This document shows, in pieces, positions 55,956 to 64,000 of a stretch of DNA of 64,000 bases (position 1 is the first letter of the stretch; each line of letters begins with the position of its first letter). The stretch covers positions 20,751 to 84,750 of the forward strand of contig NZ_CAXTJR010000011.1 in assembly GCF_964244775.1 (NCBI RefSeq), in the 5' to 3' direction. The DNA is from an uncultured Microbacterium sp. (GTDB taxonomy: Bacteria > Actinomycetota > Actinomycetes > Actinomycetales > Microbacteriaceae). The notes below the pieces were generated by a model that searched no databases, was not told the DNA's origin, and saw only the letters and a program-made list of their open reading frames with translations. The position numbers were made by a program, and so were the translations under genes.

Positions 55956-56555
55956 ATGAGCGACACCGCACTGCTGTCCACCACCGATCGTCGCGCCGCG
56001 ACCGACAGCCCCCTGCTCGGCGTCCTGGCCGACCGCTGGAGCCCGCGTGGTTTCGACGCCGACGCATCGATCGACGAGGTCAAGCTCGCGAGCGCGCTCG
56101 AAGCCGCTCGCTGGTCGCCGTCGGCCAACAACAGCCAGCCCTGGCGCTTCATCGTCGCCCGCCGCGGCACCGGCGAGTTCGACAGCATCGTTCTGAACCT
56201 CCGTGGCTTCAACCGCGAGTGGGCCGAGCGCGCCGGTGCGCTCGTGGTCGCGGTCGCCGAGACCGAGACGGCCGACGGCACTCCCGTGCATTTCGCCGCG
56301 TACGACCTCGGTCAGGCAATGGCCCACTTCTCGGTGCAGGCGCATCACGATGGACTCCACGTGCACCAGATGGGCGGGATCGAGCGCGAGGGCTTGAGCG
56401 CCGCTTTCGGGCTCGAGAGCCGTTTCGTACCGCTCACCGTTACCGCGGTCGGCACGCTCGGCGGCGTCGAGTCGCTTTCTGACGCGGTGCAGGAGCGCGA
56501 ATCCGCTCCGCGCGTGCGTCGTCCGCTTGCCGAGTCGGTCGTTCTCTCGGCTTAG
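55956..56555 (+). CDS. Nitroreductase-family protein
   Basis: ATG 55956 follows GGAAAGAGG. Contains RWSPSANNSQPWRF. Confidence 0.8.
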   Translation: MSDTALLSTTDRRAATDSPLLGVLADRWSPRGFDADASIDEVKLASALEAARWSPSANNSQPWRFIVARRGTGEFDSIVLNLRGFNREWAERAGALVVAVAETETADGTPVHFAAYDLGQAMAHFSVQAHHDGLHVHQMGGIEREGLSAAFGLESRFVPLTVTAVGTLGGVESLSDAVQERESAPRVRRPLAESVVLSA

Positions 56556-56623
56556 CGGTCGGTAGCTGTAGGTAGCGTCGTCCGCGTGCGGCAGACGCTG
56601 CGCGCGGTCGAACTGAGCCGGGC

Positions 56624-57001
56624 TCAGCCCTTGAACACCGCGAGCACGTTGCCGGCAGGATCCGTGAACCACGCGATGTCGGGCCCGCGGCCGCGCGAGA
56701 TGCCCTTCTCGTCGGTGCCCAGATCGGGATCGCTGTAGATCTTCGTCACGACTCCGCGGGAGTTCAGGTCGTCGACGGCGGCCTCGACGTCGTCCACCGG
56801 GAAGTTCAGGATCGTGAAGCTCGCCGGCTCGTGGTTGGGCTTGGTGTAGATCAGCACCGAGGCCCCGGACGGCAGCTTCAGATCGAGGAATCCCATCCCG
56901 TTCAGCGTGACATCCAGCCCGAGCAGATCACCGTAGAAGTGCTGGGCTGCGTCGATGTCGTCGACCGAGAAGCCGCTGAACGCGTCGTCGGTGCGGAACA
57001 T
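56624..57001 (-). CDS. VOC/glyoxalase-family protein
   Basis: 125 aa with GGAGGT upstream. Contains FYGDLLGL...PAGNVLAV. Confidence 0.75.
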   Translation of the reverse strand: MFRTDDAFSGFSVDDIDAAQHFYGDLLGLDVTLNGMGFLDLKLPSGASVLIYTKPNHEPASFTILNFPVDDVEAAVDDLNSRGVVTKIYSDPDLGTDEKGISRGRGPDIAWFTDPAGNVLAVFKG

Positions 57002-57082
57002 GTGTACCTCCGTGCAGTCGATGGATGCCGGAATCCACCCTGTCCCGCCGGACGACTCGTGTCCAGGGGCGAGGTGGAACCC

Positions 57083-57328
57083 TCAGGCCTGTTCGTCCTC
57101 TTCAGGCTCGAAGGTGGACGGCTCGCCGGTGTGGCCGGCGACGACACCGTCCGGGTCGCTGGGGATCGTGCCGTCCGCACCCAGTCCGCCAGGCTTCGCC
57201 GTTCCCTCGCCGTCGTTGTCGCCGATGCCCTCGTGGCCGCCGGTGGCGTCGACTTCGTCTGCGCCTGTCGACTTTTCCACATCAGGACCCTCGAGGGATC
57301 CGTCGTCGGCGTGGGTGGTGTCGGACAT
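57083..57328 (-). CDS. Hypothetical 81-aa highly acidic, Gly/Asp-rich protein
   Basis: AAGGAG lies 6 nt upstream of ATG 57328 (MSDTTHADDGSLEGPDVEK...EPEEDEQA). No recognisable domain. Confidence 0.5.
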   Translation of the reverse strand: MSDTTHADDGSLEGPDVEKSTGADEVDATGGHEGIGDNDGEGTAKPGGLGADGTIPSDPDGVVAGHTGEPSTFEPEEDEQA

Positions 57329-57486
57329 GAGTGCTCCTTTGCTCCGTGCCCCGACACTACGCCGAACCCTCGACATCGTCCCCGGGGCTGGACGACGTCC
57401 GCCGGCGGGTGTAGCGGCCGGTCGGCGCTCCACAAATGTCGTCAAGCCCACCCCGGCCCGATGATGGGCGAACTAGGGTGAACGCA

Positions 57487-58614
57487 ATGAGCGCGCGCAT
57501 CCTCTCCATCGGCACAGCGGTGCCGGCCACGACGCTCACGCAGCACGAGGTGCGCGACTTCTTCGTCCGGCAGCCCGGGTACGACCGGCTCGCGCAGCGG
57601 CTGGTGCACGCCGCTTTCGACGCGTCGGCGATCGACACGCGGCACACGGTCATCGACGAGCTCGCGCACGGCGGCACATCCGGTGAGGCCGCCCTGTTCG
57701 TCGGGGCCGACGGCCTGTTGATCTCGCCTTCGACGGGCGTGCGCAACGCCGTCTACGCCACCGCCGCGCCGCCGCTCTTCGCCGCGGCTGCGCGGAGCGC
57801 TCTCGAGCAGGCGGGAGTCGCAGCATCCGCCGTCACGCACGTCGTGACCGCCTCGTGCACCGGATTCTTCGCTCCCGGCCCCGATTACCGCCTCGTGCGC
57901 GACCTCGGTCTGCCGGTCACGACCGAGCGCTACCACCTCGGATTCCTCGGCTGCTCTGCCGCATTCCCCGCGCTGCGCGCCGCCGCCCGCATCTGCGCCG
58001 CCCAGCCCGAGGCCGTCGTGCTCGTCGTGTGCGGCGAGCTGTGCACTCTTCACATCCGCGGGTCGGGCGACCCCGAGCAGATCGTCGCGTCCTCCGTCTT
58101 CGCCGACGGAGCGGCCGCGGCGGTCGTGTCCGAGGTCGGCGGAATCGGTCAGGGCCCCTCCCTCGAGCTCGAACGCTTCGGCACGACCCTGACGACCCAG
58201 GGCGAGTCCGACATGGTGTGGATCATCGGCGACGAGGGGTTCGAGATGACCCTGACCGCCGAGGTGCCGCGGATCATCGGGCGCGAGATTCGCGGTGCGG
58301 TGGAGGCGTTCCTCGATGTCGAGCCGGGGGCGACGGACTGGGGCGTGGATCGGTGGGCGGTGCATCCGGGCGGGCGCAGCGTGCTGGATCGCGTCGAGTC
58401 GGGTCTCGGTCTCGACGGCGACGCCCTCGACGCATCCCGCGCCGTGCTGCGGGAGCGGGGCAACATGTCGAGCGCGACCGTGCTGTTCATCCTGGCCGCG
58501 CTGCTCGCCGACGACGCCGTCATGGCGGGCGCGAGCATCGCCGGGCTCGCCTTCGGCCCGGGCCTGACGGTCGAGTCCGCGCTCTTCGTCAAGCACATGC
58601 CGGATTCGGCATGA
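57487..58614 (+). CDS. Type III polyketide synthase (chalcone-synthase superfamily; SrsA/AgqA-like alkylresorcinol synthase candidate)
   Basis: Catalytic triad contexts are TASCTGFFAPG, WAVHPGG and GNMSSATV. ATG is at 57487. Confidence 0.9.
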   Translation: MSARILSIGTAVPATTLTQHEVRDFFVRQPGYDRLAQRLVHAAFDASAIDTRHTVIDELAHGGTSGEAALFVGADGLLISPSTGVRNAVYATAAPPLFAAAARSALEQAGVAASAVTHVVTASCTGFFAPGPDYRLVRDLGLPVTTERYHLGFLGCSAAFPALRAAARICAAQPEAVVLVVCGELCTLHIRGSGDPEQIVASSVFADGAAAAVVSEVGGIGQGPSLELERFGTTLTTQGESDMVWIIGDEGFEMTLTAEVPRIIGREIRGAVEAFLDVEPGATDWGVDRWAVHPGGRSVLDRVESGLGLDGDALDASRAVLRERGNMSSATVLFILAALLADDAVMAGASIAGLAFGPGLTVESALFVKHMPDSA

Positions 58615-59309
58615 CTCTCTCGGCACGCGACGAGCACCTGCTCGAGATCATGGACGACCCGTCGTGCGACGAGCGCCGCCTGCAGGCCACCTATCGCCGG
58701 TTCGGAACGGTCAACCGGCTCATCTCGGCGTGGGGCACGGTGTACCGCACGCTCTTGCGCCCTCACCTGAGGTCACTGGGGCGCCCGGCACGCGTGCTCG
58801 ATCTGGGATCCGGCGGCGGCGACGTCGTGACCCGGCTCGCGGGGCTCGCCGAGCGCGACCGCCTCGCCGTCTCGTGGGTCGGCGCCGATCCGGATCCGCG
58901 CGCCTACGCCGCCGCGCGGCTGCGGCATGCCCCCGGCGTCGAGTTCCGGGCGACCGATTCGACCGCGCTGATCGCGGCAGGGGAACGGTTCGACGCGGTG
59001 ATCTCGAACCACGTCCTGCACCACCTCTCTCCGGAAGGCTTGCGCACCTTCGCGGATGATTCGCGGATGCTGTCCTCCGGCCCCGTACTCCACTCCGACA
59101 TCGCTCGCGGGCGCCTCGCCTACGGGTTGTACGCCATCGGGATCACCCCCTTCGCGCCCGGCACATTCCTCCGCACCGACGGCCTCCGTTCGATCCGCCG
59201 CAGCTACCGGGCCGATGAACTCGCGGCTGCCCTGCCCGACGGGTGGACGGTGACGCGGCCGGCGCCGTTCCGCCTGGTGGCGACTGCGGAGGGGCTCGCG
59301 GATGCCTGA
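58611..59309 (+). CDS. SAM-dependent methyltransferase
   Basis: ATGA overlap with the PKS stop. Motif I is VLDLGSGGGD. Confidence 0.8.
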   Translation: MTLSARDEHLLEIMDDPSCDERRLQATYRRFGTVNRLISAWGTVYRTLLRPHLRSLGRPARVLDLGSGGGDVVTRLAGLAERDRLAVSWVGADPDPRAYAAARLRHAPGVEFRATDSTALIAAGERFDAVISNHVLHHLSPEGLRTFADDSRMLSSGPVLHSDIARGRLAYGLYAIGITPFAPGTFLRTDGLRSIRRSYRADELAAALPDGWTVTRPAPFRLVATAEGLADA

Positions 59310-59347
59310 GTCATGCAGCGCGGCGCGGTCACGCCGGAGGACACCGG

Positions 59348-60496
59348 ATGCGTGAGGTCATCGTCGTCGGTGCCGGGCCGGTGGGGCTGCTGATCGCGGG
59401 CCTGCTGGCCGCGCGCGGCGTCGACGTGTCCGTGCTCGAGCGTCGCGAGCGCGCGGGCGCGGGCACCAGGGCGATCGGCGTGCACGCGCCGGTCCTGGCA
59501 GCGCTCGAGGCATCCGGAGTCACGGAGTCACTGCTCGCCCATGCGCTGCGCGTCGCGCGCGGCGAGGCCCGCTCGGCCGGACGCACCCTCGGGGTCGTGC
59601 GCTTCGACCGACTCTCGACACGCTTCCCCTTCGTGGCGACTCTGCCGCAGGCGGCGACCGAGAGTGTGCTGACGGCCTTCGCCCCGACTCCCGAGCGCGG
59701 CGCCACGGTCACCTCGATCGCACCCGGTCGCGATGCGGTGCGGGTGAGGGTGTCGACGGCAGCCGGTGAACGCGAGGAGTCGGCGCGGGTCGTGGTGACA
59801 GCATCCGGCTGGACGGGCCGCTCGCTCGTGTTCCGCGATGTGCCGACCCATATGTACCCCGACCGGTATCTGATGTCGGACGTTGATGTTCCGGATCGTC
59901 CCGACGCCGACATCGCGTTGGTGAACCTCGATCCGGACGGGGTTCTCGAGTCGTTCCCGCTCCCCGCGGGCCGACGGCGCTTGGTGGCATGGGATCACGC
60001 GGGCGACCTGCCGCCGGAGGAGGATTCGGACGCCGCGCGGGTCGAGCGTCTCGCCACCGCGGTCGCGCGGCGGGGCGAGCCGGAGGCGGCGGCCGCAGTG
60101 GAGGATGCCGCCGCATTCGGCGTCCGCCGCGTGATCGCGCCGCAGCTGAGGCACGGCCGCCTCTTCGCGATCGGAGATGCCGCGCACGAGGTGAGTCCGA
60201 TCGGCGGACAGGGCATGAACCTCGGGCTCTTGGATGCTGCGACCCTCGCGCCGCTCATCGCCCAGTGGGTGCGCACCGGCGAGTCGCCCGACGCCGCGCT
60301 GCAGGCGTGGGAGCGGCGGCGGGTGCGCTCGGCGGCGACCGCCGCGCGGCTGGCCGCGGTCAATACGGCACTCGGGCGCCCGCTCGGACCCGCGGCGGAT
60401 GCCGCGCGCCGCGCCGCCCTCCGCCTTGCGCTGTCGAGGGTCGCCGGGATGGCGTTCGCGTCGGCGTACGCGATGGGCCTGGACGCCGACGCCTGA
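59348..60496 (+). CDS. FAD-dependent aromatic monooxygenase (UbiH/PheA-type)
   Basis: GGAGG lies 7 nt upstream of ATG 59348. Contains VVGAGPVGL and GDAAHEVSPIGGQGMNLGLLDA. Confidence 0.85.
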   Translation: MREVIVVGAGPVGLLIAGLLAARGVDVSVLERRERAGAGTRAIGVHAPVLAALEASGVTESLLAHALRVARGEARSAGRTLGVVRFDRLSTRFPFVATLPQAATESVLTAFAPTPERGATVTSIAPGRDAVRVRVSTAAGEREESARVVVTASGWTGRSLVFRDVPTHMYPDRYLMSDVDVPDRPDADIALVNLDPDGVLESFPLPAGRRRLVAWDHAGDLPPEEDSDAARVERLATAVARRGEPEAAAAVEDAAAFGVRRVIAPQLRHGRLFAIGDAAHEVSPIGGQGMNLGLLDAATLAPLIAQWVRTGESPDAALQAWERRRVRSAATAARLAAVNTALGRPLGPAADAARRAALRLALSRVAGMAFASAYAMGLDADA

Positions 60497-60520
60497 CCGG
60501 CGACCCCGCACCCCGCACCC

Positions 60521-60595
60521 CGCAATGCACCCTCGACCGTCGCAATGCACCCTCGACCGTCGCAATGCACCCTCGACCGTCACAATGCACCCTCG
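60521..60595 (+). repeat. Tandem array of 20-bp units CGCAATGCACCCTCGACCGT (3 perfect + 1 partial), preceded by 3 x CCCCGCA
   Basis: Read directly. Units are at 60521, 60541, 60561 and 60581. Confidence 0.95.
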
Positions 60596-60624
60596 GTGAG
60601 CGAGAGCCCGGCCGACCGCGCAGC

Positions 60625-61464
60625 TCAGCCGACCAACGACTGACCTGTTGCCGCGAGCGCGACGCAGAGCATGAGTGCCGCGAGCATCACGAGCCGGAAC
60701 ACCCAGCGCCCCGGCGCCCGCACGAGCGCGAGCACCATTCCGCCCACCGCGATGCCCGTCGCGAGCACGAACGCCGTCCAGGCGATGGGCGTCGGCGGGC
60801 CCGTGGTCGAGATGGGGCCGATGAGGACGGCGAGCGCGCCGACGATGAGCGCGCCGGCCGCGATCACGGCCGACGCCGTGCGTCCGAGCCGATGCGGCAG
60901 CCCGCGCACACCGGTCTTCGCGTCTTCGTCGAGGTCGGGCAGCACGTTCGTGAGGTGCACCGCGATACCGATTGCACCGCCGGCGATCCAGGCCCACCCG
61001 GCCGCCGGCCGCGGCTGCGCCGCCGACAGCGTCACGAGCGACGGAAGCAGCCCGAAGCTCAGGATGAACGGCACGACCGACACCGGCGTCGACTTGAGCC
61101 ACGCGTTGTACGACCACGCCGAGGCGAGCGCGACAGCGTGGGCTACCAGCATCCACCACGACAGCAGAGCCGACAGCACCAGCGCGATGACCACGCAGGC
61201 GACGGCCGCGATCCACGCGGATCGGACGGATGCCTCACCCCGCGCCAGCGGCTTGTCGAGGCGTTCGGACAGGAGGTCGCGGCGCGCGTCGATCGCGTCG
61301 TTCGAGAGGCCGACGGAGAGCTGTCCGAAGAGGATCGCGAGGCCGAGGGCGACGATCCGCCAGGGCTCGAGCCCGGTCGCGACGCCGAGCGCTGTCGCGA
61401 TGGCGGTGACGACGAGGCTCGGGCCGGGGTGGGTCGAACGCAGGAGCGCGCCTACCCTCGTCAT
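60625..61464 (-). CDS. UbiA-family aromatic prenyltransferase
   Basis: NDAIDARRD and DLDED aspartate-rich motifs. 279 aa, polytopic. Confidence 0.85.
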   Translation of the reverse strand: MTRVGALLRSTHPGPSLVVTAIATALGVATGLEPWRIVALGLAILFGQLSVGLSNDAIDARRDLLSERLDKPLARGEASVRSAWIAAVACVVIALVLSALLSWWMLVAHAVALASAWSYNAWLKSTPVSVVPFILSFGLLPSLVTLSAAQPRPAAGWAWIAGGAIGIAVHLTNVLPDLDEDAKTGVRGLPHRLGRTASAVIAAGALIVGALAVLIGPISTTGPPTPIAWTAFVLATGIAVGGMVLALVRAPGRWVFRLVMLAALMLCVALAATGQSLVG

Positions 61465-61505
61465 CGCCGTGCCGCCATGCTCCGACCGTAGCCGCCGCGC
61501 GCCCC

Positions 61506-61597
61506 GTAGTGCACCCTCGCCGAGGGTGCACTACGGCAGCCGAGGGTGCATTGCGGCAGCCGAGGGTGCACTACGGCAGCCGAGGGTGCATTGCGGA
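61506..61597 (-). repeat. Palindrome GTAGTGCACCCTCG-c-CGAGGGTGCACTAC followed by a tandem 20-bp array CGAGGGTGCA(CTAC/TTGC)GGCAGC; reverse complement of the 60521 array core
   Basis: Read directly. Units are at 61521, 61541, 61561 and 61581. CGAGGGTGCATTGC is the reverse complement of GCAATGCACCCTCG. Confidence 0.95.
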
Positions 61598-61616
61598 CCG
61601 CGGAAGGCGAAACTGC

Positions 61617-63785
<2,169 letters not shown>

Positions 63786-63817
63786 GTGTCTCCTGAAATC
63801 TGTGCCAGCCCATTCGT

Positions 63818-63844
63818 AAACTTGAGCCGTGTTGACTCAAGTTT
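63818..63844. promoter_or_regulatory. HAIR element (HspR-associated inverted repeat) CTTGAGC-N7-ACTCAAG upstream of clpB
   Basis: AAACTTGAG (63818-26) and CTCAAGTTT (63836-44) form a perfect 9-bp inverted repeat. This matches the actinobacterial HAIR consensus CTTGAGT-N7-ACTCAAG. Confidence 0.8.
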
Positions 63845-63912
63845 AGCAGAGCTCGGGTTCACCGGCAATCAGGGCGCCCGGACGGGGCGGTGCCGAGCGC
63901 ACGACTTGGTGT

Positions 63913-63972
63913 CGAGTGCACGGCTTGGACGACGGTGGCAGGCCGTGCACTCGGCGGGATGCCGTGCACTCG
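63913..63972. repeat. GTGCAC-core repeats: CGAGTGCACGGC (63913-24), then two copies of its complement GCCGTGCACTCG (63942, 63961) 19 bp apart
   Basis: Read directly. The architecture (one inverted copy followed by about 20-bp-spaced direct copies) mirrors 61506-61597. Confidence 0.8.
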
Positions 63973-64000
63973 ACGAAAACCCCGCCGCACCTGGCCGTAC

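Noticed and set aside
60521-61597. CRISPR array hypothesis for the 20-bp (and the 31-33-bp) tandem repeats
   Set aside because: The units abut each other with no unique spacers, the arrays have only 3-4 units, and no cas genes or leader are present.

Overview
High-GC (about 70% by eye) actinobacterial chromosome segment. Gene content and repeat families suggest Microbacteriaceae, which is an inference. I call about 59 protein-coding genes and saw no rRNA, tRNA, CRISPR array, transposase or integrase. Main blocks: (1) 1-9.0 kb and 23.1-27.7 kb hold catabolism of lignin-derived methoxy-aromatics. This includes three paralogous THF-dependent LigM/DesA-like O-demethylases, metF and purU for C1 recycling, and a translationally coupled galB-galC-galD-like lower pathway. 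Next to that pathway sit a VOC-type extradiol dioxygenase, an aldehyde dehydrogenase, an MFS transporter, and MarR and PadR regulators. (2) 9.0-22.9 kb is a 12-gene same-strand string. It mixes a rare-sugar/polyol module (split transketolase, Zn-ADH, sugar ABC transporter, SDR, ketose-epimerase-like TIM barrel) with an aromatic module (aryl-aldehyde dehydrogenase, CYP199-like P450, dihydroxyacetone kinase, VanB-type reductase). (3) 27.7-39.9 kb is housekeeping or accessory: beta-lactamase-fold protein, M13 peptidase, isochorismatase-family protein, MATE, TrmH, mntH-mntR, SDR, xthA, pyrE, YdeI, HAD. (4) 40.1-45.5 kb is a compositionally atypical three-gene locus. Two TasA/camelysin-like proteins flank a 1259-aa FN3 + Ig-repeat protein, with an AT-rich upstream region, and the block is bracketed by direct copies of a dispersed repeat. 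This is my best candidate for an undescribed system. (5) 46.5-57.3 kb holds small regulators and VOC proteins, a two-component system with an ABC-2 exporter, GH15, zwf and a nitroreductase. (6) 57.5-61.5 kb is a type III PKS - methyltransferase - FAD monooxygenase - UbiA prenyltransferase cluster (phenolic lipid / prenylated alkylhydroquinone type); ubiA is flanked by inverted arrays of 20-bp tandem repeats. (7) 61.6-63.8 kb is an N-domain-less clpB behind a HAIR (HspR) operator. Two unrelated intergenic repeat families and several long palindromes are present. All calls come from reading the ORF translations and the DNA by eye; no searches were run.
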